Assembly (NCBI RefSeq): GCF_006345805.1
Contig: NC_043003.1
Location: 25,792,001 to 25,856,000 of the forward strand
Source: Octopus sinensis
Lineage: Eukaryota
Direction of reading: 5' to 3'
Length of the DNA: 64,000 bases
In this document: positions 1 to 12,494 of the stretch, piece after piece
How the letters are laid out: every line of letters begins with the position of its first letter
Position numbering within the stretch: the first letter of the stretch is position 1
The notes under the pieces: generated by a model
The model's database searches: none
What the model saw: only the letters and a program-made list of their open reading frames with translations
What the model was told of the DNA's origin: nothing
Made by a program: the position numbers and the translations under genes

Positions 1-324
1 GTTTCTATAAAACTAGTTTTTAAACATCAAATGCCTATGAGGGTCCACTAGAATAAAATGGTAATCAATGAGGTCCGTAGATAAAAAGTATTATAGGCGA
101 GAATCCCTGCTCTAACACAATGCTCTTAGGAAAACAAAAATGTCACACAATCATAATTTAGATAATGACAACCCTTCTAACAGGTATTTCAATTGTTTCC
201 TCAGGCATAACACCTCCAATGATGATGTTTACTTTAGGGTAGCCCTGATCAAAAGTGTTCCAGGGTATAACCATCTATTTGTTTTTCCAGACAGTTTATT
301 ATGCATTATTCCTTTTTATAAGCA

Positions 325-2337
325 CCATAGTCAACTGCTACAAGGGTAAGGGTGATGCTCTAGATAGAAATAACTACAGGGGTATTAAACTGTTGGATCA
401 GGTGATGAAGGTCACAGAGAGGGTCATAACCCATCTCATTAGGGAGAGAATTTGCTTAGATGAGATGCAGTTCGGTTTTGTGCCGGGTAGAAGCACCACT
501 GATGCTATATTCCTGGTCCGACAACTGCAGGAGAAGTACCTAGCTAAAGATAAACCCCTCTACATAGCTTTTGTGGACTTGGGGAAAGCCTTTGACAGGG
601 TTCCCCGTTCCCTTATCTGGTGGTCGATGCGGAAACTGGAGATTGACGAATGGCTAATAAGGGCTGTACAGGCTCTATACAGAGAGGCTGTCAGCAAGGT
701 TAGGATTGGCAACGAATATAGTGAAGAATTCCGGGTAGAAGTAGGTGTGCACCAAGGCTCAGCCCTCAGTCCCCTTTTATTCATCATAGTCCTCCAGGCA
801 ATAACAGAGGAATTCAAAACAGGATGCCTCTGGGAGCTCCTCTATGCTGATGACCTGGCTCTCATAGCAGAATCACTACCGAAACTAGAAAAGAAATTTT
901 GGGTGTGGAAGCAAGGGTTAGAATCAAAGGGCCTTAGAGTAAATGTAGCAAAGACCAAAGTTATAGTAAGCAGAAAGGCGAACTCAGCACACACCCCCTC
1001 AGGCAGGTGGCCCTGCTCGATCTGTAGGAAAGGTGTAGGTAGAAACTCCATAAGATGCACCCAATGTAAGCTATGGACACATAAGAGGTGCAGCAACATT
1101 AAAGGGAAATTAACTGATAAGATAGCTTTCATGTGCGGCAGATGCAGAAAACAGATTCCATCACACTCCAGGGGGAGAAACTAGAAATCGTTGATAGTTT
1201 CCGCTACCTGGGTGACCAAGTTAGTAGTGGAGGTGGATGCTCAGAAAGTATCACCACTAGAATACGAATAGCCTGGGCAAAGTTCAGAAAGCTCCTACCC
1301 CTACTGGCGACAAAGGGTCTCTCGCTCAGAGTGAAAGGTAAATTGTATGATGCATGTGTGCGAACTGCCATGCTTCACGGTAGTGAAACATGGGCTGTGA
1401 CTGCAGAGGACATGCATAGACTTGAAAGAAATGAAGCTAGCATGATCCGCTGGATGTGTAATGTCCGTGTGCATGCACGACAGAGTGTAAGCACCTGAGA
1501 GAAATGCTGGATATAAGAAGCATCAGATGTGATGTGCAAGAGTAACACTTGCGATGGTATGGTCATGTACTGCGGATGGATGAAGAGAGATGTGTGAAGA
1601 AGTGCCACTCCCAAACAGTTGAAGGTATCAGGGGGAGAGGTAGACCCAGGAAGACATGGGATGAGGTAGTCAAGCATGACCTCAGAGCGTTGGGCCTCAC
1701 TGAGGCAATGGCGAAGGATCGAGATCTCTGGAGATATGCTGTGACTGCAAAGATCCGGGCTGCTTCCTGCATCAGTTCCGCATAGCCCCTGCCCATTCAA
1801 AGTACCCTGGATCCCAGAATGTCCCGTTGTGCTTGAGGAGACCTGTTGAGTCAAATACATGAACATGAACGTCGAAATAAATATCAATGGAAATAGTAGT
1901 TGTGATACCTGTGCCGGTGGCACATAAAAAGCACCATCCAAACGTGGCCGTAGCCAGCGCCGACTCGACTGGCTTCTGTGCCAGTGGCACATAAAAAGCA
2001 CCATCCGAACGTGGCCGATGCCAGCGCCGCCCCGGCTGGCTTCTGTGCCGGTGGCACATAAAAAGCACCATCCGAATGTTGCCAGCGCTGCCTTGGCTGG
2101 CTTGCGTGCCGGTGGCACGTTAAAAGCACCAACCGATCATGGCCGATGCCGGACCCCCCCCCCCCTGTGCAGGTGGCACGTAAAAAGCACCCACTACACT
2201 CGCGGAGTGGTTGGCGTTAGGAAGGGCATCCAGCCGTCGAAACTCTGCCAGATCAGACTGGAGCTTCCCAGACCCCGGTCGAACCGTCCAACCCGTGCTA
2301 GCGCGGAAAACGGACGATAAACGATGATGATGATGAT
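325..2337 (+). mobile_element. 5'-truncated RTE-clade LINE (RT, C-terminal domain and 3' UTR), disabled by frameshifts
   Basis: ORF 255-1184 has non-LTR RT motifs (NYRGIKLL, QFGFVPGRSTTDAIF, FVDLGKAFDRVPR, GVHQGSALSP, LYADD at about 843). It continues in other frames with FRYLG, IAWAKFR, RWYGHVLRM and GRGRPRKTW. It ends in a (GAT)n tail at about 2325-2337. Frameshifts lie near 1145 and 1496. Confidence 0.93.
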
Positions 2338-3444
2338 AAGGGGTTTGAATGACATTTACATGCTTTATTTAACATGCCAAGTTACACATGTGAAGGCTTC
2401 CTCATATAATTATGGCTTTTTACAAACCGGGTTCAATTCTTGCTGATGTTAACTTTACCAGTATCGATCAATAAATATATGTCAACAATTGGAGTTGACA
2501 CAGTCGGCTACACCGTATATCGAGTAATAAGCCTAAATTAGAAATTAATATTTTGGCATTAAATAAAAACCTATTTTCTCATTAAGTATAACTACCTACC
2601 AATAGCTGCAACCCGTGAGGAATACTATGCGGTCTGTTGACCTGGTGAAATAGCAGCCAAAACTCCATCAACTCAAAACATGTCTTATACGACTAAATAA
2701 AAAACGAGATGTAATGTTTGTAACATCTCTAATTACAGGTGTGCTTGATCAGGACTGACTCGAGGCTAAACAATAATTATATTACTGACTCTTAATTTGT
2801 TTTCATCTAAAGTGCAGTTGACATCGACACTATCTTTAGAGGCCAAGACATTGACAGCCAAATTTCCCACCATTCACACCTTTAAGTAAAGAAACGACAC
2901 TTAGAAGCTCTTAACCGTTTTACTGTAGGTTTTTAAACATCTGTCTATCTTTTTGCTATTTATTATGCCTCTAATTTGAAAATTACAAAATGGATATAAA
3001 TATGTTTTGTTTTTATTTGTAATTGTGTACACTTTCATCCATAGACTCAAACGAAAACAACAATTTAAATTTTCAGAATGCAAGCAAAATGAAATTGCAA
3101 ACGAAATAAATTTATAAAAACAAAAGTAGTTTTACAGTTGTAAATACCCCGAGGACAACTAGCTTTTATTATTATTATCATTATTATTATTATTTTGAAT
3201 TTGATTTTCAAAACAAAATCTGGAAGATCGTTGGGAAGGAAAAAAAAAAAACATAATAAAGTTAAAAGTGGCGGGGAGGATCTACACTGAAATGAATGTC
3301 TACTTTTGTTAATGTAGTCTCACACCTACTTCTCGGATGGTCACGACTAGAATGCTTTCAGCAGGATTAGAGGAGGTCCTGAGGCTCGACAATAATAAAC
3401 AGACGCAATATAAAGAAAGAGAAATCATATTAAGATCAACTTAC

Positions 3445-3841
3445 CATGGAACTTAACGCATGTCGGTTTACCTCGGAACTTCGACTGTTTGACGGTTCGA
3501 CGAAGGCAGTGCCATTGACGAAGACATCGGCTGCGACAATAAGCGATGTAAACCTCACGCCAGTATTGCCAGGGCAAGCGCACACTGAGTATTTTGTCCC
3601 TCATACGGGAGTCGCACTCCAGCAGGTTGTCCACGTCTACCAAACCGGTCATTTGTTCGAGAGCAGGGGTGGGAATTTCATACAAACAAAATGAGCACCA
3701 CATGCTGACGTCCTGCGTTAATTCGTAAACAATTCGGTACCAGTACTTACAAACTTGACCCATACGGAAAAGCGTGGTGCCGTCCAATTTTCGGAAGATG
3801 ATCCGTAGAACTTCCTCGGGGATGTCGCTCAACTCCGTCAT
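3445..3841 (-). CDS. First coding exon of an F-box protein, possibly F-box/WD40; remaining exons lie to the left and were not found in the window
   Basis: ATG at 3841. The F-box motif LSDIPEEVLRIIFRKLDGTTLFRMGQVCKYWYRI is clear. Donor G|GTAAGT follows 3445 (phase 1). The exon ends KPTCVKFHG, which resembles a WD40 repeat start. Confidence 0.88.
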
Positions 3842-4089
3842 TTTTTTGGTGTTGTTTTAAACGTGTGAAAGATATAAATATATATACACCATCATTGATA
3901 ATATACAGTACACGGTGTTGGTTTGGTAGTTAAGTGAAGAGTAGAAACTGGCGTCTGTATATGTAAGAGAATGTGAAGAGATGGTGGGGAATAGCATGGA
4001 AGTAATCACTGCCCATCTTCGTTCCTGTATCAATGGCGATAATCTACTCCGAAGATATCTGCCTAATCTCCCTTTATATATCACTCTCT

Positions 4090-4450
4090 AGGGAAGAAAC
4101 ATATGGAAAAGAAAGACAAATGTACGGGAGTAAGAAAGGAAGAGGGGATAAGAGGAATAGAAGGGAAGAAGACGTAAGAGGGTAGAAAGAAAAACGAAGT
4201 AAGGGGGTTAAAAGTAGTGACGGAGAAGGCAAAGAAAAGATTAAGCAATAAGAGAGAGGAGATTAGGAAAAGATGTTATGTGGAAGATGAAGTAAGAGTT
4301 CGATGAACTAATAGAAAGGGAGAGAATGTGGTGAGGGAAATATGAAGTATTGAGAAGAAGCAAATAAAAAAGAGAAAGAAAAGACGAGCTAATAAGAATG
4401 GTCAGAAAAGAAGGAAAGCGAAGAAGCTTAAGAAAAGAGAAAAAAAATTG
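4090..4450. repeat. A/G-rich low-complexity tract
   Basis: About 350 bp of nearly pure purine on the plus strand, with no ORF or periodicity. Confidence 0.7.
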
Positions 4451-5848
4451 TGTTCGGGGATCAAATTAATGTTCTCATATTTTTCATGCTGATAGAACCT
4501 CTGGAGTAATTAACCTTCGTAATTATTTTTTAGAATATCGAGTTAATGAGGTGTAAGACCAGAACTAATGACGACAATAACAGCTGAGAATCGATTTCAT
4601 GCAAAGTCCTTGAGATTTCCTCTGACTATCACTTGTGTTATTTCTCCTACCACATATCAATTGGTGCAAATCTCCACTCTCAACGCCATCACATTTAAAC
4701 TCACAGGTGCTTACAAAATATATTTGCATTCCAATACATTTGACCCAACACACATGCAACACTCGCGCACATTCCTTGTTTCAGTCATTGGACTGCGGCC
4801 ATGCTAGGACACTGCACTTAAAGGGTTTTAGTCAATCAAGTCGGCCCCAGAACATTTTTATATATATAAACCTGGTACTTATTCTATCATAGTCTTTTGC
4901 TGAGCCACTAAGTTACGAGCAAGTAAACAAACCGAAACTGTAAAGCATGGACAAATACACACATTTTATCCTACTGCCAACTATGAAGGGCTTAGGGTTA
5001 CATAATCAGGCTGTTACCTAATATCGTTTTGAACCTCTAGCGCGAAGCCAATTAGTAAGTCAGTTGTAATGGAGATGTAGTGAATTTTGCAAGCATGAAG
5101 TGGATTCGATCCACCATAACCAAATTTAAATTAACACTCCAAAGAACTTTTCCCATGGTGGAACGATGGTTTTTCTCTGACTGCAGTTTTACATTTTCCA
5201 GGTGCCTTTAGCTAGGCCAAAATAATGTCTTCACCTCTTGATCCTTTCTAACCTCTTCTGCTTCACCAAAAGCTAGAATAGAGATAACAAGATCACCAAC
5301 TAAATATATATCTATCCTTCTGGATAGTTATATAAGCAATTACACCGCAAGCAAAAATTAGTTAGTCACATCGTGATGACTCAATTAGTTAGGGAATGGA
5401 CTGCTAGAATCATAATCACAAAGAATGCAGCTACTAAAGATAATGGTCAGCAAGAGAAATGAAGTTTACTGTCAGCAACTGTGAGACAACGTCCCACACC
5501 GTACAACTCTCACTAGCTCTAATTCTGTTCTCTTACAACATCATTCTATCTCTCTCTGTATTTACTACTAAACAATGAAGAGGACACAAACTCAAACTTT
5601 ACTTCGCATGCTTTTAGATTTATCATAACCTGCCCATCGGTGCAAGGTATTGTAATGTAATGGTAAATAAATACTTCCTTAAAACTTCATGCATTGTTCA
5701 TCTTCCACATCTTACAATTTGCTGTCATAACGACAAATCATAATAATGTTTACAAATAATACTATTGTTTACCAACCAATTTCTCCCGCTACAACTGGTA
5801 ACTTCAACTAAAACCTTAACCATTACAGATATATAGTACTGTAAACTT

Positions 5849-5881
<33 letters not shown>

Positions 5882-5884
5882 ACC

Positions 5885-6200
5885 GGCACTTCTAACAATG
5901 TCATTTACTGCATCTTTCTGTCCTTCTCTGTACATTGGTCAAACGGGATGCCTCTTGGCTGACCGGTTCATGGAGCACCTCCAAGACATTAGACTCAGCA
6001 ATGACACCCCGGTCTCATGACATTTCTGCTCTACCAGTCATTCATTAAAACACCTGTCTGTTCGGATTGTCTTTGCACAGGGGCCATCTGGACTTTCGCT
6101 TTTGCCATGAACAGGGATTAATCTTCTCTCTTCGTTCCTTTGTGTCACATGGGCTCCACTCCACTCCCCTCTTCATCTGACTCCCTCTCTCCTCTCTTCA
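5885..6200 (+). mobile_element. Penelope-like element GIY-YIG endonuclease relic
   Basis: With frameshifts it reads approximately TSNNVIYCIF..SLYIGQTG..LADRFMEHLQDIRLSNDTPVS.HF, and it is homologous to 59230-59400. Confidence 0.8.
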
Positions 6201-7541
6201 TCTGACACTTACTTCCTCTCTTCACTCCTACCCACCTTCTCCCTCCATTCACATCCCACTCCAATATACCCCACATCCTCACCCCAAACCCACACCACCA
6301 CCCCGCACACTCTAGGACTGACCATTTCCCAGCACCCACACATTACAGACGCACATATCCACAAGTCAAAGTCACCAGCCCCTATCCATATACACACACA
6401 CACTCTCACATGCACGTGCACCTGTTTTGGGATCACCAGTACTTTATTATCTCTCCTTCTTCCTAGCTCTTCTGGTAAGTACCTTTGTCCAACCAATCGC
6501 CATAATTGACCACTAACTCCAAGAGACCTCAAATTTTAATTTGGTTCATGGGAGCAACTGTTTATCAAAGCCTTATATTGTCGTTAATTGCTCGAAACGT
6601 GGAGTAGATAAACAGCCGACAACTGATGAAGAGTTGTTCTTTATGTTACTTGTCTTGTTTTCCATTTGTTTCTCTTGTTGTCCTATACCCTTATATGCAT
6701 ATATATATATACACACATATATGTATGTACATATATGTATGTATATATGCATATATATATATTTAATTTTATTTGTTAGGGAATAAAAATTCCAGCATAA
6801 CAGGGGTTCAAATTATTGTCAATGAAGAAATATATATTTTCATTTAGAGATAGTAGGCCCCTTCATCTCACCATATAAAAAAGAATTTTTATTTTAAGTA
6901 CCTACTATTTTATAACTTGGTTACATGTGTTTCATGAGGTACATTTCCCGGTTCCTAAACCACTCTGTGTTTTGCTGGAACCATTCTTAAAATATAACCC
7001 TAATCATCAGGCCCCTATATCACTTTTGCATAGTTCAATACTATAAACTATATTTTAATTTTTTAAAACCCATAAGTATGTGTAAAATAGGTTCGCCAGA
7101 CCCTACAGTACAAGCCATAATTTAATTCAAATAAAAGTTTGCCATTGTTGTTGTTGGTGGTAATGATGTTATGACGGTTCTTGTTAGTGACGTTTATAGT
7201 TGTGATTGTTTTGCTGGTGCTTAAATTTGTTGTTGATCAGATCAGAGAGACTGCAAGTGAAACGTTGAGAATAACACCAAGTAGTAGTGATAGTGGAGCA
7301 GTGTTGTTGTTGACATGTGTATTTAGCAGTTAAAGAGCAATTTCACTTGTTTATCATTATCTGAAGAGAATAAAAGGTGAAAAACACAAGAATTGGAAAA
7401 CAAAAAGAGAAGACAGAAACAGTGGTACACTGTTTAATGTGTTTGTAACATGTTAACCTTGAAGGCTTTTTATTCATTGTAAAAATAAAGGTCAGCACAT
7501 TCAGGAATCAACAATTGTCAACAAAAGTATTTCATTTTAAT

Positions 7542-7895
7542 AGGTGCAGGCATGGCTGTGTGGTAAGAAGTTTGCTTCCCAATCTCATGGTTCCAGGTTC
7601 AGTCCCACTGCATGGTACCTTGAGCAAGTGACCAAAGCCTTGTAGGTGGATTTGGAAGGCAGAAAATGAAAAAAGCCTGTTGTGTGTTTGTCTCATTGTC
7701 CCCCTCCCACCCACCATTTTAGAACTGGTGTTGGTATGTTTACATCCCCATAACTTCGCAGTGCAACATATGAAACTGATAGAATAAGTACCAGGCTTAC
7801 AAAAAAGTACTGAGATTGATATGTTTGACTAAAATTCTTCAAAGCAATGCACCAGCATGGCCAGTCAAATTACTGAAACAAGTAAAAGAAAAGAA
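7542..7895 (+). mobile_element. SINE family A (tRNA-derived), diverged copy
   Basis: Head GGCTGTGTGGTAAG..GGTTCAGTCCC and tail ..GACTGAAACAAGTAAAAG match the other family A copies. Confidence 0.85.
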
Positions 7896-8173
7896 TGTCC
7901 AACATGAAGCAGTAATGGCAAAGAAATGGATAAAATTGTTAATTTTTTTAAATTTTAAAATATCCTGTAAAATATAGTAGCATTGGTTCTGCTTGGTCAA
8001 ATCAGTATACCTTAAAGAATTGTTTGTTATCTCAACAAATGGAAATGAAGTTTATGAATCCATATACCTAAAAATGTGTCCCATTTCCTCTTCACTTTGT
8101 CTATACATGACAAGCCAAATAGAATTTTTATCTTATTTTTATTTGTACTGGAATCTAAAAATATTCTAGTAAT

Positions 8174-8572
8174 AGGCGCAGGAGTGGCTGTGTGGTAAGT
8201 AGCTTGCTAACCAACCACATGGTTCCGGGTTCAGTCCCACTGCGTGGCATCTTGGGCAAGTGTCTTCTGCTATAGCCCCGGGCCGACCAATGCCTTGTGA
8301 GTGGATTTGGTAGACGGAAACTGAAAGAAGCCTGTCGTATATATGTATATATATATATATGTGTGTGTGTTTGTCCCCCTAGCATTGCTTGACAACTGAT
8401 GCTGGTGTGTTTACGTCCCCGTCACTTAGCGGTTCGGCAAAAAGAGACTGATAGAATAAGTACTGGGCTTACAAAGAATGTCCCGGGATCGAGTTGCTTG
8501 ACTAAAGGCGGTGCTCCAGCATGGCCACAGTCAACTGACTGAAACAAGTAAAAGAGTAAAGAGTAAAGAGTA
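8174..8572 (+). mobile_element. SINE family A, full length
   Basis: A-box-like TGGCTGTGTGG, B-box-like GGTTCAGTCCC, central (TA)/(TG) microsatellite and (AAAGAGT)n tail. Near-identical to 51904-52296. Confidence 0.93.
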
Positions 8573-8887
8573 ATATGAATAGAATTGAAAGGTTTTGTAC
8601 CTGAAACAATGAAAGTTTTCTATTAAATATTGGTCTTCTCAGAACTGAAGGCATTCATCTGGACAATTTTTGTTTGCATTCATTAAAATAATATATTGCA
8701 TTTAACATGAAATAGCCTGTATGAACACCAGTAATCAGAACCAGAATCCATATAAAGGTGCAGGTAGATAAGTTTTATTTTTTCACAATTAAAGACAGGG
8801 ACAGTGCCTATGATTTTTTTTTAATAAACCCCACCAGACTGATGAGATTGATGTGACATGTTCAGCTTGAACATCTGTAAGAAAAAT

Positions 8888-9265
8888 GAGCTTGCTTACC
8901 AGCTGCATGGTTCCGGGTTCAGTCCCACTGCGTGGCACCATGGGCAAGTGTCTTCTACTATAGCCTCAGGCTGACCAAAGCCTTGTGAATGGATTTGGTA
9001 GACAGAAACTGAAAGAAGCCCGTTGTATATTTGTGTATATAAATATATATATATGTGTGTGTGTGTTTGTATTTGTTCCCCCAACATCGCTTGACAACTG
9101 ATGCTGGTGTGTTTACATCCCCTTAACTTAGCGGTTCGGCAAACGAGACCAATAGAATAAGTACTAGGCTTACAAAGAATAAGTCCTGGGGTCGATTTGC
9201 TCGATTAAAGGTGGTGCTCCAGCATGGCCGCAGTCAAATAACTGATACAAGTAAAAGAGTAAGAA
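8888..9265 (+). mobile_element. SINE family A, 5'-clipped
   Basis: Same body and tail as 8174-8572. Confidence 0.9.
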
Positions 9266-9460
9266 AGGAACCAGAATCCAGGTGCAAACACTTGTAAGAG
9301 TAAACTATTTGTTAAAAGTACTTGACTTGGCAGCTGTGTTAAACAGGATAGCTTGTTAGACCTAGAGATGATAATGAGTGGACACTGGTTTAACGTTAAA
9401 TAATGAGGTGGCTCTACCAGTCCCAAATGAAATGTTAAATTCAAACAACCTGTTTGTTAA

Positions 9461-10545
9461 CCCTTTCGTTACCAAACCACCCAAAGCCGCCCGAAAAAAA
9501 TTTTGGTTAATGTGACCAAACCGCACAAACCCGCCCGTATTTACCTATTCATATTTAAATGAGAATATCAGAGCAAATCTCTTTAGTACATTCGTGAAAA
9601 CACGTGATTATACTTTGTAAACAGTTCATCTACAGTTTTGTACAATGATCGAAGTGTAATTTTAATTCCATGAATTTTGGGAGATTTTTTTCCAAAATTT
9701 GTTCCTATTTTCAAAATTTGTAATTCTGACAAAAAAATGGATACGAATTTCATTATATCAAGCAGCGAGTCAGAATTCGAAGGATTTTCTACTGAATACC
9801 TTCATAAATCTAACTCTATGACTGACAAAAAAAAAAAAAAAAAAAAAAAAAAGGTATTTGATAATGAATCTGATGTTTCATTTTCCGAAAGTGAAAACAG
9901 TGAATCCGAGAGCTCCGACAGCGATAAAGAAAATGAATTGGCACCTGAATGGAGTGAAAATTTAAAAACTGTTTCTTTCGGTGATTTTTCTGAAGAAACT
10001 GGACCAAGCCACAGACTTTCCCAAGAGAGTAAAGTGATAGACTATTTCTTTTTACTTTTTCCGATGAGTCTATTTGAACTCATTACGGCGGAAACGAACC
10101 GTTACGCTAAATGTAAACAAAGCGAAAGAAAGGATAGTTAGTGGTTTCTCACAACCTTAAATGAAATTAAGACTATTTTGCCATAAATATTATTATGGGT
10201 ATCAGAAAGTTACCCAGAATAACAAATTCTATCATAAAATTTTGTTGTATACCCAATTGAATATTAGCTAATAACCCATTTTCTATAGCGATGTTTGAAC
10301 AAAATTTTAATAATTTTATATTTTGTTGAATTTACCTGCAATTAGAGTCACTTTGTGACAAAAATTATAGTATAGAATTGGTTGAGAACATTTCATTAAA
10401 TTATCTTCCAAAAATCACATTGATATATTGATAAATAAAAAAGTTATAGTTGTTTAATGAAACCAGACTAAATTTATGATTATGTTAGAAATTAATTGAA
10501 ACACATAAGAGGTGTATTTTGGTCAGAAATATAGTAACGAAAGGG
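9461..10545 (+). mobile_element. Internally deleted piggyBac element with an N-terminal transposase remnant
   Basis: TTAA flanks at 9457-9460 and 10546-10549. TIR CCCTTTCGTTAC..GTAACGAAAGGG. ORF 9677-10141 has an acidic N-terminus and YFFLLFPMSLFELITAETNRYA, typical of piggyBac/PGBD4. Confidence 0.92.
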
Positions 10546-10547
10546 TT

Positions 10548-10830
10548 AAAGTGAAGGCATGTGACCTAGTGATTAGGATGTTACACTCATAATCATAAGA
10601 TTGTGGTTTCAATTCCCGGACCAGGTAGTGCATTGTGCTTTTGAGCAAAGTACTTATTTCATGTTGCTCCAGTCTGCTTAGTTGTAAATGAGTTCCAGCA
10701 ATAGCTAGGAAGTTAACCCTACAACAGACTAGCATCCTATCCAGTAGAGAATGCTGTAATGTTAGTCACTTATACACCATGGGAACAGAGTTAGATTACA
10801 GCCTTATTAGGACTACAGCTCATGACAGAC
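10548..10830 (+). mobile_element. Old tRNA-derived SINE (family D); relatives at about 31970-32220, 37740-38005 (minus) and 63680-63920
   Basis: Head ..CTAGTGATTAGGATG..GGTTTCAATTCCCGGACC is followed by the shared core TTGAGCAA..TTCATGTTGCTCCAGTC. Confidence 0.65.
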
Positions 10831-11094
10831 CTTAGCACTATTTGTTAAATGAAAAATGAGAATTTGCATTTTTATTCCCTCTTCCATACCACTGACTAGT
10901 CTTTACTTTCCAGTTGGACCCATTTTTCTTACACCACTGATGCCTGTGGGAAATTTATAGGCATTACAAGATTTAATCTTCTCTCCTAAATCTCAGACAT
11001 CATGACTGAGAGTTGTTCAACTATGGGCAACAACTGGACAAATAAGGCTTGCCAGGCTCTTAAATTAGCATAAAATTTTGATAATTTTAAACAG

Positions 11095-11482
11095 GAACTC
11101 GCTGTGCTTGAGGAGACCTATTGAGTCAAGTACACCAACATCAACATCAAAATAAATATCAAATGGAAATTGTAGTTATGATACCCGTGCTAGTGGCACG
11201 TAAAAAGCACCATCCAAACATGGCTGATGCCAGCGCCACCTGACTGGCGTCCTTCTCGGTGTCACGTAAAAAGCACCAACCGATCGTGGCTGTTTGCCAG
11301 CCTCCTCTGGACCATGTGCTGGTGGCACGGAAAAAGCATCCACTACACTCACAGAGTGGTTGGTGTTAAAAAGGGCATCCAGCTGTAGAAACACTGCCAA
11401 ATCAGATGGAGCCTGGCTTCCCAGACCCCGGTCGAACCATTCAACGCATGCTAGCATGGAAAACGGATGTTAAACGATGATG
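11095..11482 (+). mobile_element. RTE 3' UTR fragment. Further copies: 19040-19345(-), 23668-23945(-), 32410-32620(-), 35930-36220(+), 41745-41998(+), 42635-42815(-), 45400-45610(+), 46575-46950(-), 49578-49748(-), 51360-51605(+), 56080-56220(-), 57028-57300(-), 60070-60320(+)
   Basis: Matches the 3' UTR of the LINE at 1830-2337, including AAGGGCATCCAGC.GTAGAAAC..CATGCTAGCATGGAAAACGGACGTTAAAC(GAT)n. Confidence 0.9.
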
Positions 11483-11649
11483 AAGTGTGTATCATAGGGG
11501 TAGAGATGGTTTCAGGCAAGTTGGTATAAAAAGGGTCACCATCACCCAATTAGGGTTATGGTCACAGATCTCATATACCTTTACTATAATGCTAAATGGG
11601 TATGGGACATATCTCTTCTAAGATGAGACTTTTGTCTTTTATAGATGTA

Positions 11650-12020
11650 CTAGCAGTATCGCCCGGCGTTGCTCAGGTTTGTAAGGGAAATAACTATAAA
11701 GCATTTTTAGAGAGTTATAGCCAAAAAATAGCAAAAAAATGGAAAAAAAATTATGGTAAATTTTTTTGAGAGTTAAAAAAGGTGGAGTTGCGTCCCCTAG
11801 ACGGTCTGTGGTTTGGGTTTCTGATTCTCGACCCCATGTCAAATTTATCGATCTTTTTCAGAACTGGGGGAACTTTTCAAAATTTTCGCTGCGTTAGTTT
11901 TGAATTATGACATTGGGCTATGTGTGTGTCAAGTTTCATCAGAATCGGTTGAAAGCCGTGGTCAGAGTGAGGGTACGAGAAAACAGACACACAGAAAACT
12001 GCCGTTTATATAGAGAGAGA
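11650..12020 (-). mobile_element. Non-autonomous Helitron
   Basis: On the minus strand it has a 5'-TC start, a 3'-CTAG end, an A|T insertion site and a subterminal hairpin CCTGAGCAACGCCGGG. A second copy is at 32767-33125. Confidence 0.85.
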
Positions 12021-12494
12021 TTACTCAGAAATGCCTCTGGAAGAACTTCAAGCTTGAAGAAATGAAACTCCAAACTGCATCACTAAGCTATTTCAATCTC
12101 CTACTCAGCAATCACACATTCCATTAGTTCACCACTGCCGCCACCACCACCACCACCTTATTCTATTTGTTTAACTATCTAGATTTTCAAGCTAGCCAGG
12201 GACACTATTTTGTTATGAGTTATTTTATTGGTGCTGCTATTGGTACAGGCAATTTATTCAACCTGTCAACTACCAGATATAAAAAGAATGGATTTGGCTG
12301 CTTGTGTGTTTACTTCTCTTTCCAGCATAACTACAAATTTGTTCTCTAGAGACACTGATCAAACTAAAAATGACACAGACAAACAAACTACAGTGTCAAA
12401 AAAACTGTTATTGTTAATACAGCCTCAGATCATTCATACCAATGATCACAGGCATTCCAGCTATGACGATCTTATCTTTTTGTATATAAGGTGA

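Noticed and set aside
1905-2200. CRISPR-like repeat-spacer array
   Set aside because: The inter-repeat parts are homologous to each other, the array is inside a LINE UTR, and there are no cas genes in this animal DNA.
2780-2880. Acceptor-like TTTCTTTACTTAAAG at 2881 (minus) as F-box exon 2
   Set aside because: The required phase-1 frame reaches TAA after 14 codons and shows no WD40 similarity.
4565-4807. Short ORFs on both strands
   Set aside because: No recognisable domain, splice signals or coding bias.
5885-6330. Hammerhead ribozyme near Penelope relics, or HDV-like ribozyme in RTE UTRs
   Set aside because: No catalytic core with flanking helices could be traced by eye. An Infernal/Rfam scan would be decisive.
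7130-7352. Strong minus-strand acceptor (CTTTTATTCTCTTCAG) followed by AAC-rich sequence
   Set aside because: All three frames close within 12 codons. It could be a non-coding or terminal exon, but nothing supports that.
8174-8260. tRNA genes at SINE heads (also 13928, 34378)
   Set aside because: A/B-box-like motifs only; no complete cloverleaf, and each continues into a SINE body.
9833-9852. Poly-Lys run in the piggyBac ORF
   Set aside because: Produced by a 24-nt A homopolymer expansion; not a functional motif.
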